DNA of 61,431 nucleotides, counting the filler. It is 5 parts of 5 records of this genome, joined end to end, with 100 filler letters (N's around TTAATTAATTAA, not from the genome) between each part and the next. Parts side by side here need not be neighbours in the genome. Positions count along the whole stretch, not along the records: positions 19,946 to 32,972 come from SRR20825010_1374; positions 33,073 to 55,036 come from SRR20825010_1390; 3 more parts are not named here. The stretch is one strand, 5' to 3'. Positions within the stretch are counted from its first letter, which is position 1, and each line of letters begins with the position of its first letter. Below, one piece after another: positions 25,805 to 35,994 of this stretch. The notes under the pieces are model-generated. The model saw only the letters and a list, made by a program, of their open reading frames with translations, searched no databases and had not been told where the DNA came from. The position numbers and the translations under genes were made by a program.

Positions 25805-27079
25805 TCAGGCCTTCAGGGCCTTGTCCAGTGCAGCGATAATATCAGCCTGATCTTCAAGGCCGATGGACAGGCGCACGACATCAGGGCCTGCTCCGGCCGC
25901 CACACGCTGCTCGTCGGTGAGCTGGCGGTGTGTGGTTGATGCCGGATGGATGATCAGGCTGCGCGTGTCGCCAATATTGGCGAGATGGCTCAGCAATTCG
26001 ATATTGCCTACCAGTTTCACGCCAGCATCATATCCGCCCTTAAGACCGAATGTGAAAATCGCACCCGCTCCTTTGGGTGCATATTTCTGCTGCAGCTTGT
26101 AGGAGGGATCATCTTCCAGACCGGCATAGGACACCCATGTTACTGCCGGATGCGACTTCAGGAATTTGGCCACGGCCAGCGCGCTGTCGCAATGGCGCTG
26201 CATGCGCAGATGCAGCGTTTCGATACCCGTGATGAGCATGAAGGCATTGAACGGCGAGATGGCTGGTCCGAGATCGCGCAGGCCCAGCACGCGGCAGGCA
26301 ATGGCAAAGGCAATCGGTCCGAATGTTTCGTGGATTTTCAGGCCATTGTAGGACGCTGTCGGCTCGCTCAATGTCGGGTACTTGCCGTCTTTCGACCAAT
26401 CGAACTTGCCGGCATCCACAATGATGCCACCCATCGAGTTGCCATGACCGCCAAGAAATTTGGTGGCCGAGTGCAGCACAATGTCTGCGCCATGTTCGAT
26501 GGGGCGGATCAGATAGGGCGAGGCGAGGGTGTTGTCTACGATCAGCGGAATACCTGCCTCGTGCGCCACTTTGGCAATGGCTGCAATGTCAGTCACGCGA
26601 CCGCTCGGGTTGGCCATGCTTTCGATGAAGACGGCTTTGGTCTTCGGGCCGATGGCCTTGCGCACGTTTTCCGGATCGTTCATATCGGCCCAGTCCACCT
26701 GCCAGTCGAATTTCTGGAACGCGTGGCCGAACTGCGTGATCGTGCCGCCATAAAGTTGTTTGGCGGCGACAAAGTGATCACCCGGCGCCATCAGCGTGTG
26801 GAACACCAGAAGTTGTGCCGCATGGCCCGAGGCCACAGCCAGCGCTGCAGCACCGCCTTCGAGGGCGGCCACGCGTTCTTCCAGAACGGCTGTGGTCGGG
26901 TTTGTAATGCGCGTATAGATATTGCCGAAAGCCTGAAGGCCGAACAAAGACGCGGCATGGTCGGCATCGTCAAAGACGAAGCTTGTCGTCTGGTAGATCG
27001 GTGTCGCGCGTGCTCCCGTTGTCGGGTCTGGCTTTGCGCCAGCATGAACGGCGAGTGTGTCGAAGCGATAGTCTGACAT
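25805..27079 (-). CDS. metY: O-acetylhomoserine sulfhydrylase
   Basis: PIYQTTSF, IYTRITNPT, HSATKF (PLP lysine), HLANIGDTRSLIIHPASTTH. Confidence 0.93.
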   Translation of the reverse strand: MSDYRFDTLAVHAGAKPDPTTGARATPIYQTTSFVFDDADHAASLFGLQAFGNIYTRITNPTTAVLEERVAALEGGAAALAVASGHAAQLLVFHTLMAPGDHFVAAKQLYGGTITQFGHAFQKFDWQVDWADMNDPENVRKAIGPKTKAVFIESMANPSGRVTDIAAIAKVAHEAGIPLIVDNTLASPYLIRPIEHGADIVLHSATKFLGGHGNSMGGIIVDAGKFDWSKDGKYPTLSEPTASYNGLKIHETFGPIAFAIACRVLGLRDLGPAISPFNAFMLITGIETLHLRMQRHCDSALAVAKFLKSHPAVTWVSYAGLEDDPSYKLQQKYAPKGAGAIFTFGLKGGYDAGVKLVGNIELLSHLANIGDTRSLIIHPASTTHRQLTDEQRVAAGAGPDVVRLSIGLEDQADIIAALDKALKA

Positions 27080-27133
27080 GGATTACTCCTGCCTTTTCTT
27101 GAAGTTGGGGGATATTATTTGTTCGGAGTCTAT

Positions 27134-27562
27134 TTATCGGAAGAGTTGCGGAATTTCGATTTTGGGGCAGCGGTTCATCACAACTGTCACACCTGCTTTT
27201 TCAGCACGTGCGGCGGCTTCCTCGTTCACAACGCCAAGCTGCATCCAAATATATTTTGCGCCGATGGCCACCGCTTCATCTGCGACCGGACCGGCTGCTT
27301 CTGAATTGCGGAACACATCGACCATGTCGATCTTTTCAGGAATATCGGCAAGCTTCGCATAGACCTTTTCGCCCAGCAATTCCTGTCCTGCAAGTCCGGG
27401 ATTGACGGGGATCACGCGATAACCGCGCCGCTGAAGAAACTCCATGACTTCGTGGCTGTCACGAGCCGTATTGGCGCTTGCGCCCACAAGCGCGATTGTT
27501 TTTGTCTCTGTCAGAATGTCTTTCAACATTTCTGGACTATAGCGCAGATGTTCAAGTTTCAT
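27134..27562 (-). CDS. CoA-binding protein (YccU-like)
   Basis: IALVGAS, VIPVNP, DMVDVFR, WMQLGV, NRCPKIE. Confidence 0.92.
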   Translation of the reverse strand: MKLEHLRYSPEMLKDILTETKTIALVGASANTARDSHEVMEFLQRRGYRVIPVNPGLAGQELLGEKVYAKLADIPEKIDMVDVFRNSEAAGPVADEAVAIGAKYIWMQLGVVNEEAAARAEKAGVTVVMNRCPKIEIPQLFR

Positions 27563-27575
27563 ATTTAGTCCCCCC

Positions 27576-28406
27576 TCACTTATCTTCCCAGCGCGGCTCG
27601 CGTTTCTCGATGAAAGCGCCGATGCCTTCTTCCGCGTCGCGAGCCAGCATGTTTTTCACCATGACTTCGCTGGCATAATTATAGGCCTCGTGTAGAGGCT
27701 GTTCGAGCTGGCGATAGAATGCCGCTTTGCCGATGGCCAGCGTGTGAGAGGATTTCGCGGCGATTTTTTCAGCCAGCGCTTGCGTTGCGCTTGCCAGTTC
27801 GTCCGCGCTCGTCACCTCGTTGATAAGGCCCATTTCTGCGGCACGCGTCGCGCTGATCATGTCGCCTGTCAGCAACATTTCCATAGCGTGTTTGCGCGAG
27901 ACATTGCGTGACAGAGCAACCATAGGTGTCGAGCAGAATAAGCCGATATTGACGCCGGGCGTTGCGAAGTTTGCATGGTCGGAGGCAATCGCCAGATCGC
28001 AGCTTGCGACAAGCTGGCAGCCAGCGGCGGTCGCCACACCATGCACGCGCGCAATGACGGGCTTGGGCAGATTGACGATGGTCTGCATCATCGAGCTGCA
28101 CTGGGTCATAATCTTATTGTAATAGCCCCGGCCATTGTCCCCGTCACCACGCCGCGATGTTAGTTCTTTGAGGTCATGGCCGGAGGAGAAGGCAGGACCA
28201 TTTGCAGCCAGCACCACCACGCGCACGGATTTGTCATTGCCGGCTGCTTTCAACGCATCGCTCAATGCGCTCATCAAGGCTTCCGACAGGCAATTGCGCT
28301 GCGCAGGGCGGTTGAGCGTCAATGTGGCAACGCCGTTCAGGTCCTCGCGCAGTACCAGAGGTTCTTTCATTTCCGGGCTTTTCTGCTTTTCAGCGGTCTG
28401 GCTCAT
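27576..28406 (-). CDS. Enoyl-CoA hydratase family protein
   Basis: AFSSGHDLKE, ATAAGCQLVASCDL, TPGVNIGLFCSTP. Confidence 0.93.
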   Translation of the reverse strand: MSQTAEKQKSPEMKEPLVLREDLNGVATLTLNRPAQRNCLSEALMSALSDALKAAGNDKSVRVVVLAANGPAFSSGHDLKELTSRRGDGDNGRGYYNKIMTQCSSMMQTIVNLPKPVIARVHGVATAAGCQLVASCDLAIASDHANFATPGVNIGLFCSTPMVALSRNVSRKHAMEMLLTGDMISATRAAEMGLINEVTSADELASATQALAEKIAAKSSHTLAIGKAAFYRQLEQPLHEAYNYASEVMVKNMLARDAEEGIGAFIEKREPRWEDK

Positions 28407-28487
28407 TCTCAACTCCTCCTGCGTCCTTTTCTTATGCTTTTCGCGTTCGGACGTCGGGGATGATCATAGACCGGGAAAGTGGCAAAG

Positions 28488-29042
28488 TCAGGGTGCAAAA
28501 CCGTTGCGCGAAATCCTGTACAAAACATGCTGTTTTAGTGCGTCACCGTCCGGTAAGCGGGGATGGAGGAAATCATCTCTTTCATCGCGTCGCATGCCTA
28601 TGCGTTTCATCACGGCTTGCGAGCGGATATTGGCCGGAACGGTCAGCGCAACAACTTCGTCTAGACCAAGTGTCCCGAAACCATGGGCCAATGCTGCCAT
28701 TGCCGCCTCACTCGCATAACCCTTTCCCCAGTGTGGGCGCGCCAGCCGCCAGCCGATTTCGATAGCGGGAGCAAAGGGCATGTCGTCGCCCACATGGATC
28801 ATGCCTGTGAAGCCGATAAAGGGAGAGCCGCCTTTTTCTTCCAATGCCCAGAAGCCGAATCCGTGTGTTTCTATATGGGCTTTTAGTTTTTCAGCGACGG
28901 CATCGCTTGCCGTGCGGTCGGCCAGTGGGAGTAAGAACTCCATCACCTGACCATCCTGCCCCATCTCCCAGAATGGTGCGAAATCATCACTACGCCACGG
29001 GCGCAGGATCAGACGGTCTGTTTCGATTGTGGTGCCAGACAT
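28488..29042 (-). CDS. RimJ/RimL-type GNAT acetyltransferase
   Basis: ETDRLILRPW, EIGWRL..WGKGYASEAA, N.RS..VM.RIGM. Confidence 0.9.
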   Translation of the reverse strand: MSGTTIETDRLILRPWRSDDFAPFWEMGQDGQVMEFLLPLADRTASDAVAEKLKAHIETHGFGFWALEEKGGSPFIGFTGMIHVGDDMPFAPAIEIGWRLARPHWGKGYASEAAMAALAHGFGTLGLDEVVALTVPANIRSQAVMKRIGMRRDERDDFLHPRLPDGDALKQHVLYRISRNGFAP

Positions 29043-29112
29043 GATGAGATCCTGAAATAGAATAGGGCGACAGACCATAAAGTCTGCCGCCCTGCCTTGA
29101 AAGGGTTTGGGA

Positions 29113-30162
29113 TCAGAAAGTCGGTTTGGCCATCACTGACCAGTCGCGGACCATTCCCGGTTTGCGATCCATTTCCTGACCATTGGGCCAGTTGGGATAG
29201 AGTGCCTTCGGTTTGCACACGGCGTCGATGGCGGCAAGGTCGTCTTCGGTCAGCTTCACATTGACTGCACCCAGATTATCACTCAGCTGGTCTTCGTTCC
29301 TTACGCCCACAATCACACTCGTGACATATGATTTGTGAAGCTGCCAACCCAGTGCAAGCTGGGCCACTGTCACATCGTATTTCTTGGCAAGGTCCTGCAG
29401 CACATCAACCACGTCATAGACCTGATCAACATCGACCGGCGGAAAGTCGAACTGCATCCGGCGGCCTTCATTAGAGCGGGAGTTGCGCGAAAATTTGCCC
29501 GACAATGCGCCGCTGGCCAGCGGGCTCCATGTCATCAGGCCCACATTCTGGTCTTTCAGCAGCGGCACAATCTCATGTTCAAGATCGCGCCCGACCAGCG
29601 AGTAATAGGCCTGCAGGCTGGCAAAGCGTTCCAGGCCTTCCTGCTTTGAAATGCCCAACCCCTTCATGATCTGCCATGCCGACCAGTTGGATGTGCCGAT
29701 GTAGCGCACTTTGCCTTGGCGCACGAGATCATCCATGGCGCGCAGGGATTCTTCCATTGGCGTTACGGCGTCATAGCCATGAAACTGGTAGAGGTCGATA
29801 TAATCTGTTCCAAGACGTTTCAGGCTCAGTTCGACTTCCTGCATGATGGCGCCACGCGATATGCCGGTCTGATTTGGACCCGGGCCCATACGCGCCAGCA
29901 CTTTTGTGGCCAGCACCATGTCATGTCGTTTGGAGGCAATGGCTTTGCCTGTGATGATCTCGGATTCACCCATGCCATAGACATTGGCCGTGTCGATGAA
30001 ATTGACACCGGCATCGAAGGCGCGATTGACGAGAATGTCGGCTTCTTTTTGGTCAAGTCCGCCAATGGCACCAAAGCGCGTGCCCTTGCCGCCGAATGTC
30101 ATTGTGCCAAGGCAGAGGCGGGAGACGTAAAGACCGGTGTTTCCAAATTGCTGATATTGCAT
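29113..30162 (-). CDS. Aldo/keto reductase
   Basis: LCLGTMTFG, DTANVY, LKRLGTDYIDLYQ.H, WSPLA.G. Confidence 0.95.
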   Translation of the reverse strand: MQYQQFGNTGLYVSRLCLGTMTFGGKGTRFGAIGGLDQKEADILVNRAFDAGVNFIDTANVYGMGESEIITGKAIASKRHDMVLATKVLARMGPGPNQTGISRGAIMQEVELSLKRLGTDYIDLYQFHGYDAVTPMEESLRAMDDLVRQGKVRYIGTSNWSAWQIMKGLGISKQEGLERFASLQAYYSLVGRDLEHEIVPLLKDQNVGLMTWSPLASGALSGKFSRNSRSNEGRRMQFDFPPVDVDQVYDVVDVLQDLAKKYDVTVAQLALGWQLHKSYVTSVIVGVRNEDQLSDNLGAVNVKLTEDDLAAIDAVCKPKALYPNWPNGQEMDRKPGMVRDWSVMAKPTF

Positions 30163-30182
30163 GGCGCGTTTCCTGTTGGTTT

Positions 30183-30812
30183 CTAGCTTGTTGTTGGTGC
30201 GAGGGCGATGGCGTCCCAGCAGGCGCTACGCGCACTGTCGAGATCGTCTTTTGAAAAGGTGGTGATGCCCGCAATGGCGCGGCGTACCAGCGCGTTGAGC
30301 GGGCCTGAAATGAGCGAGAACAGAATTTGCGGGGGCAGGGGCTTGAGGTGCCCCTCGCGATAGCCGTCTTCGAAAAACTGGATGATCTCGGGTGACATAA
30401 CTGCGTGGATGGCCTTGGATGCATCGTCCAGAAAAGGCGAATATGCGTATTGCTCCGAGAAGATGAACTCGCGCGGATGGCTCAGGCAGTAGTCATATGT
30501 GTTGATCCAGAAGAGTTCGAAGCGCTCACGCACTGTGGCGTCTGGCTTATATCCCTTCAACATGGCGTCGAAGCGCTCTTGCTTCATGTCCACATAAAGG
30601 GCGTGGATCAGTTCTTCCTTGCTGGTGAAGTGGCGATAGATCGTGCCCACAGGCACTTTCGCGGTCTTGGCCAGCAGAGCCATTGACGCGCCGTGAAAGC
30701 CATAATCGCTTATCAGGTCGAGCGCCGCAGACAATATCTCGGCGCGGCCTGGCCTCGGCTTTGCGCTTTTTGCCCCAAACTTGCTGTCTTTTTGTGTTTT
30801 GGCTGCGCTCAC
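30183..30812 (-). CDS. TetR-family regulator
   Basis: GFHGASM..LAK.A.V..GTIYRHF.SKEEL. Confidence 0.92.
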   Translation of the reverse strand: MSAAKTQKDSKFGAKSAKPRPGRAEILSAALDLISDYGFHGASMALLAKTAKVPVGTIYRHFTSKEELIHALYVDMKQERFDAMLKGYKPDATVRERFELFWINTYDYCLSHPREFIFSEQYAYSPFLDDASKAIHAVMSPEIIQFFEDGYREGHLKPLPPQILFSLISGPLNALVRRAIAGITTFSKDDLDSARSACWDAIALAPTTS

Positions 30813-30825
30813 AATCAGGCTTTCT

Positions 30826-30853
30826 ATTTATGAGTGAACGTTCATTCATAAAT
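30826..30853. promoter_or_regulatory. Palindromic operator, probably for the adjacent TetR
   Basis: ATTTATGAGTGAAC|GTTCATTCATAAAT, 28 bp with one mismatched pair, 13 nt upstream of the tetR start. Confidence 0.75.
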
Positions 30854-30974
30854 CATATGGCACGCAGATGGGCTGCGACAAGAGGCAAATCATGTTTTCG
30901 GGCGTTTTTCGTATTGGCGCGGTCCGTGCGTCCTGCCATGAAGGGCAAAAGCCAAATTGAGTCAGAGATCACAG

Positions 30975-31400
30975 ATGCAAGAACCCGTTCTGACCGCCGC
31001 CGAAGTCGGTGCCTATCTGGATGAAGTCTTTCCGCAGGTGCGCGATGGCTCATCAGTCATCGAATCCGTCGGACCGATGGTGGCCCGTATGCGCTTGCCA
31101 TATTCGGATCGTAACCTGCGTCCCGGTGGCACTTTGTCAGGTCCGTCTATGATGGCTCTGGCAGATTATGCGATGTATGCCGTCATCCTCGCGCATATCG
31201 GCAAGGTGGCACTGGCTGTCACGACCAATCTCAATATCAATTTTTTGCGCAAGCCGGGACCAGCGGATATTTTTGCCGAGGCCCGCTTGCTCAAACTGGG
31301 CAAGCGGCTGGCCGTCGGCGAGGTTACAATCCTGCAGGACGGACTTGATGGTCCTGTCGCTCATGTCACCTCCACCTATTCCATTCCCCCCAGAGCCTGA
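30975..31400 (+). CDS. PaaI-family thioesterase
   Basis: LRPGGTLSGP.MM.LAD, AVTTNLNINFLRKP. Confidence 0.92.
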   Translation: MQEPVLTAAEVGAYLDEVFPQVRDGSSVIESVGPMVARMRLPYSDRNLRPGGTLSGPSMMALADYAMYAVILAHIGKVALAVTTNLNINFLRKPGPADIFAEARLLKLGKRLAVGEVTILQDGLDGPVAHVTSTYSIPPRA

Positions 31401-31427
31401 TTACGGTCAGGGCAGATCGAGCGTATA

Positions 31428-32810
31428 TTGAAAGACAAGACGATTCATCCAGACGGCCTGCCAGTGCCGCGCCGGTTCTTTGCCATGGTGACAGTCGGGC
31501 TCGGCGTCACCATGGCCGTGCTGGACGGTTCGGTCGCCAATATCGCCTTGCCCACCATCGCGCTTGAACTTGGCGTCACGCCTGCGCAATCGGTTTGGGT
31601 GGTCAATGCCTATCAGCTTGTGGTCGTGGTCTCGTTGCTGGCTTTGTCGTCATTGGGTGAGATCATTGGCTATGCGCGCATCTATCGCGTCGGGCTCATT
31701 GTGTTCGGTTTGGCTTCGCTTGCTTGTGCCTTGTCGGATTCATTGGCCACGCTGGTTCTGGCCCGCTTGTTTCAAGGAGCAGGGGCGGCAGGCATAATGA
31801 GCGTCAATGCAGCTTTGGTGCGGTTTATCTATCCGCGCGCAGATCTTGGCAAAGGCATCGGCATTATTGCGCTCGTGGTCGCCATTGCGGCAGCATCGGG
31901 ACCAACCGTTGCCGCGGCCATTCTTTCGGTTGCCAGTTGGCAGTGGATTTTCGCAGTCAGCGTTCCCATCAGCATTGCGGCCTTTGCGTTCTCGGGCAGT
32001 CTGCCGCTCACCACGCGCGGCACCCATCGATTTGACTGGCAATCCGCATTGCTCAATGCCGTGGCCTTTGGGGCTTTTGTTATTGGTGTTGAGCAACTCG
32101 GCCACGGTCTGGCGCATCCCGAACGTGTGGTCGGCACATTTGCCATCGCTATTCTTAGCGGCTTCGCGCTGGTGCGTCGGCAATTGTCGCGCAGCGCGCC
32201 GCTTTTCCCCATCGACCTTCTGCGCATCCCGATTTTTGCGCTTTCCATCATGTCTTCGGTTGCGGCCTTTTGTGCCCAGATGCTGGCCTTTGTCTCATTG
32301 CCATTCTTCTTTCATGACGTGCTTGGCAAAGGGGCGGTTGAGACCGGCCTTCTCATGACCCCGTGGCCACTGGCTCTGGTCTTTGTCGCGCCTTTGGCGG
32401 GCCGGTTGGCCGACCGCTATCCCTCCGGCCTTCTGGGAGGCATTGGAATGGTCGTTTTTGCTTTTGGGCTTGGTTCCTTGGCATTGCTGCCCACCAGTCC
32501 CACGGATTTCGACATTGTCTGGCGTATGCTGGTCTGTGGTGCCGGTTTTGGCTTGTTCCAATCCCCCAATAACAGGACCATCTTGTCGTCTGCGCCTCCG
32601 GCGCGTACGGGCGGGGCCAGCGGCATGTTGGGCACTGCGCGGCTCACTGGCCAGACGCTTGGCGCGGCTGTGGTGGCCATGATTTTCAATCTTTTCGGCG
32701 CAGGCGGTGCGCAAGTCACGCTGGTTGTGGCGACGGGTCTGGCCCTTGCTGCCATGGGGCTTTCGGCCTCGCGTTTGACCGCGCGGGGAAAAACCGGCCA
32801 ATCCGGCTGA
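31428..32810 (+). CDS. MFS transporter (DHA2-type)
   Basis: LDGSVANIALP, WVVNAY, FQSPNNR; many TM helices. Confidence 0.9.
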   Translation: MKDKTIHPDGLPVPRRFFAMVTVGLGVTMAVLDGSVANIALPTIALELGVTPAQSVWVVNAYQLVVVVSLLALSSLGEIIGYARIYRVGLIVFGLASLACALSDSLATLVLARLFQGAGAAGIMSVNAALVRFIYPRADLGKGIGIIALVVAIAAASGPTVAAAILSVASWQWIFAVSVPISIAAFAFSGSLPLTTRGTHRFDWQSALLNAVAFGAFVIGVEQLGHGLAHPERVVGTFAIAILSGFALVRRQLSRSAPLFPIDLLRIPIFALSIMSSVAAFCAQMLAFVSLPFFFHDVLGKGAVETGLLMTPWPLALVFVAPLAGRLADRYPSGLLGGIGMVVFAFGLGSLALLPTSPTDFDIVWRMLVCGAGFGLFQSPNNRTILSSAPPARTGGASGMLGTARLTGQTLGAAVVAMIFNLFGAGGAQVTLVVATGLALAAMGLSASRLTARGKTGQSG

Positions 32811-32877
32811 TTTTATGTGGTAATATAATACCGCAATCGTAAAGTGCTGTTTTAACGCCCTTTTTCGAGCATATGCG

Positions 32878-32906
32878 TTGACAGATGGCGCGAGCTGCCT
32901 TAGATA
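32878..32906 (+). promoter_or_regulatory. sigma70-type promoter of rplM
   Basis: TTGACA-17 nt-TAGATA. Confidence 0.6.
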
Positions 32907-32948
32907 CGCGCCAACTTAAGACCCCTTCATCTTTATTGGAATTTTCGC

Positions 32949-32972
32949 ATGACCACCTATTCCGCGAAAGCC
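32949..32972 (+). CDS. rplM: First 8 codons of ribosomal protein L13
   Basis: MTTYSAKA resembles the L13 N-terminus; PaaI/enoyl-CoA hydratase/metY neighbourhood is typical of alphaproteobacterial rplM. Confidence 0.65.
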
Positions 32973-33072
32973 NNNNNNNNNNNNNNNNNNNNNNNNNNNN
33001 NNNNNNNNNNNNNNNNTTAATTAATTAANNNNNNNNNNNNNNNNNNNNNNNNNNNNNNNNNNNNNNNNNNNN
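32973..33072. other. Artificial contig spacer
   Basis: 44 N + TTAATTAATTAA + 44 N. Confidence 0.99.
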
Positions 33073-33123
33073 ACTATATCTGGTGCAACAGCTTTGTGAA
33101 GCAGCATGGTCTTGGGCAGCAAA

Positions 33124-33795
33124 CTATTTCGCAGCGACCTTGTCTGACGCGGCGGCAAACCCGCCAACGAGAAACTGACCACCCAACCCCAATCCCTCGG
33201 GATCAATGCCGTGACCAACACCACGGCTCACATGACACTGCACGCTCACTCCCGCATCTTCGAGCGCTTTGGCCGCATCTTGCATACGCGAAACTGGAAG
33301 AACATCGTCAGAATCACCATGAATCAAGAACACAGGCGGCTTGACCTTTATCTCTGCTTGCAACCGCTCACCCCCTGCCATAGCGCCCGAATAACCGAGA
33401 ATAGCCGCCGGCGAAACCTGTCGGCGCAAACCAACATGCAGCGACATCATGGTACCTTGAGAAAAGCCAACCAAAGCGAGATGGCGATCATCTAACCCGC
33501 GTTTTGCTAACTCGTCGTCTATAAATGCATCAAGAACTGGCGCAGCGTTTTCAACACCGTGCATCAGCTCCGCCGGATCAAGCCGTGATATGGGAAACCA
33601 CTGATATCCAAATCCGGCATCGCAACGCTGCGGCGCATTTGGTGAAATAAAATCGGCATCCGGTAGAAGATCCTGCCAATAAGGCGCCAATCCGATCAGG
33701 TCGTTCCCGTCCGCACCATAGCCGTGACACAGAATAACAAGCTGCCGCGCAGTGCCGCTTGCCGCTTTGACTTCCGGTCCGGTGATTTTCGTCAT
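33124..33795 (-). CDS. Phospholipase/carboxylesterase (alpha/beta hydrolase)
   Basis: HGYGADG, GFSQG nucleophile, HGDSDDV, GHGI; alternative ATG at 33804. Confidence 0.92.
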   Translation of the reverse strand: MTKITGPEVKAASGTARQLVILCHGYGADGNDLIGLAPYWQDLLPDADFISPNAPQRCDAGFGYQWFPISRLDPAELMHGVENAAPVLDAFIDDELAKRGLDDRHLALVGFSQGTMMSLHVGLRRQVSPAAILGYSGAMAGGERLQAEIKVKPPVFLIHGDSDDVLPVSRMQDAAKALEDAGVSVQCHVSRGVGHGIDPEGLGLGGQFLVGGFAAASDKVAAK

Positions 33796-33871
33796 CGGTT
33801 GCATTCCCCGTTATAAGATATCGCCGAAAGAACTAAGTGCGGCGAGTTTAAGAGCCTGAGAGGGAGTTGCA

Positions 33872-34780
33872 ATGAGCCAAAGTGAACGTGGACCAGAGCG
33901 CATACGCTTTGCGCCCAGCCCCAATGGCTGGTTGCATCTGGGCCATGCCTATTCCGCCCTGTTTGCGGCGGAAATCGCAAAGGCCAAAGGTGGCACCTTT
34001 CTTTTGCGCATAGAAGACATAGACATCGGCCGCTGCCGCCCTAAATACGAACAAGGCATCTATGAGGATCTCGCCTGGCTAGGGCTTACATGGCAAATGC
34101 CGGTGCGCCGCCAATCAGAACATTTCGCCGAATACGAGGCGGCCCTCAAGCGTCTGCGTGATCTAGGACTTGTCTATCCCTGCTTTGCCACCCGCAAAGA
34201 AATCAACGACGCTATCGAAAGTTCTGGCATTGGCCACGCCCGCTGGCCTGTCGATCCCGACGGCGCTCCAGTCTATCCCGGTCTCTACAAAAACCTGCCC
34301 GTGACCGAACTCAACCGGCTGATGTGGGAAGGCCGCTCCTATGCTTGGCGCCTTGACATGGAAAAAGCACTTGCCCGCGCTGAAGAAATAAATGGCGGAC
34401 CAATCCATTTTCAAGAAGAAGGTGCCGGCCCCAAAGGACAAACGGGCCGTTTACCGATCAAGCCCACGGGTTTCGGCGATGTCATCATCGCCCGCAAGGA
34501 TGTGCCAACCAGCTACCACCTCGCCGTCACCGTCGACGATGAAATTCAAAACATCACCACCGTGACACGCGGGCAGGATCTCTTTCCCGCCACCTATATC
34601 CATCGCGTGCTTCAAATCTTGCTGGGTTATCGCGAACCTCGTTACCACCACCACGGCCTGATCCGAGACGAAGCTGGGCGCCGCCTGTCCAAGAGCGCCA
34701 AAGATATGGGCTTACGCGAGCTGCGACTTGCCGGGCACACCCCTGACAACATCCGCGAACTTGTAGGCCTGTATCGTTAA
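33872..34780 (+). CDS. gluQ: Glutamyl-queuosine tRNA(Asp) synthetase
   Basis: RFAPSP.G.LHLGH, SYHLAV.VDD, RLSKS; no anticodon-binding domain. Confidence 0.9.
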   Translation: MSQSERGPERIRFAPSPNGWLHLGHAYSALFAAEIAKAKGGTFLLRIEDIDIGRCRPKYEQGIYEDLAWLGLTWQMPVRRQSEHFAEYEAALKRLRDLGLVYPCFATRKEINDAIESSGIGHARWPVDPDGAPVYPGLYKNLPVTELNRLMWEGRSYAWRLDMEKALARAEEINGGPIHFQEEGAGPKGQTGRLPIKPTGFGDVIIARKDVPTSYHLAVTVDDEIQNITTVTRGQDLFPATYIHRVLQILLGYREPRYHHHGLIRDEAGRRLSKSAKDMGLRELRLAGHTPDNIRELVGLYR

Positions 34781-34891
34781 CGCAAGCCCACAATAACTTT
34801 GAGCACTGGCCCGCTTTATGCGTCTTTCTCCTTAACTCCCGAAATCCGCTCGATTTTGGGGCGGAAAACGTTGCAATAAAGGACAGCACAG

Positions 34892-35941
34892 ATGTCGTCT
34901 GTATCAAAACCACGCGTGGACTGGGTCGATGCAGTCAAAGGCATCACAATCATTCTCGTTGTGATGCAGCACACGACCTATGGCAACGCCAACGTTTTTG
35001 CCCAGTCTCCTGACATCTTCTTACGCATCGTTGAGTGGGCGCAGCCCTTCCGGATGCCGCTTTTCTTTCTGGTCGCAGGCCTATTTGCCCAGAAAGCTCT
35101 GTTTGCGCCGACGCGACCGTTTCTCGACAGCAAAGTCGCTCATTTTGCTTATTTTTATCTGGTCTGGTCACTTATCCAGATCGGTCTGAAAATTGTCGTA
35201 CCCCATAATGGCGGCGTATCGGTCACCATTCAGGACCTTACATTAGCGTTGATCGAGCCATTCGGCATTCTCTGGTTTATCTATATTCTGGCGCTTTTCT
35301 TTACGACCATGCGGCTGGCCCGTCATGTGCGCCCTGCCATTATGCTGGCATTTGCAGTCACACTCTTTATGGCACGTCCGCAGACAGGCTGGACTCTACC
35401 AGACGAATTCGCCCACCGTTTCATCTTCTTTGTAAGCGGCGTCTATGCGGCGCCGCGTATTTTCGAAATGGCCGATTGGGCGCTTACACATGCACGTCGC
35501 GCGACAATCTTGAGCGTGACAATGTTGAGCGTTGTCGCGTTAGTGGTCTTTAGCGGCCTTGCCCAGCATAGTGTGCTTGAGCTGATGGCTGGCTATGCAG
35601 GCGCACTGGCGACGATCATGCTGGTGGCCTTGCTCACCTCAAAAAACCTTGCAGGGCCGCTTGCATATGTCGGCGCTCGCTCTCTATCCATCTATCTGGC
35701 CTTCTTCATTCCTATGGCTGCAAGCCGGATCATGCTCGCAAAACTGGGCCTGACGGATGGAGATGTAGCAACAATTATTGCTATCGCGCTGGGTGTCGCA
35801 CTTCCGCTAATTGCCAATCGCATCACATCCGGCACCGCTCTGGCCTTCCTTTTTGAACGCCCGGATATGTTTAAAATCCGACTTGCACCACAGGTCTCTG
35901 CCTCTTCCGGCAAAGACCGATTGGCACATGGGATGCTCTGA
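34892..35941 (+). CDS. Acyltransferase-3 family membrane protein
   Basis: RVDWVDAVKG..IILVV..H, FRMPLFF, LWFIY.L. Confidence 0.9.
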   Translation: MSSVSKPRVDWVDAVKGITIILVVMQHTTYGNANVFAQSPDIFLRIVEWAQPFRMPLFFLVAGLFAQKALFAPTRPFLDSKVAHFAYFYLVWSLIQIGLKIVVPHNGGVSVTIQDLTLALIEPFGILWFIYILALFFTTMRLARHVRPAIMLAFAVTLFMARPQTGWTLPDEFAHRFIFFVSGVYAAPRIFEMADWALTHARRATILSVTMLSVVALVVFSGLAQHSVLELMAGYAGALATIMLVALLTSKNLAGPLAYVGARSLSIYLAFFIPMAASRIMLAKLGLTDGDVATIIAIALGVALPLIANRITSGTALAFLFERPDMFKIRLAPQVSASSGKDRLAHGML

Positions 35942-35994
35942 AAACAAACAACTCCTTCAACGCGAAGATTTACGCCCCTTCAGGACATAGCATC

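Noticed and set aside
25946-27076. 376-aa antisense ORF
   Set aside because: Shadow of metY
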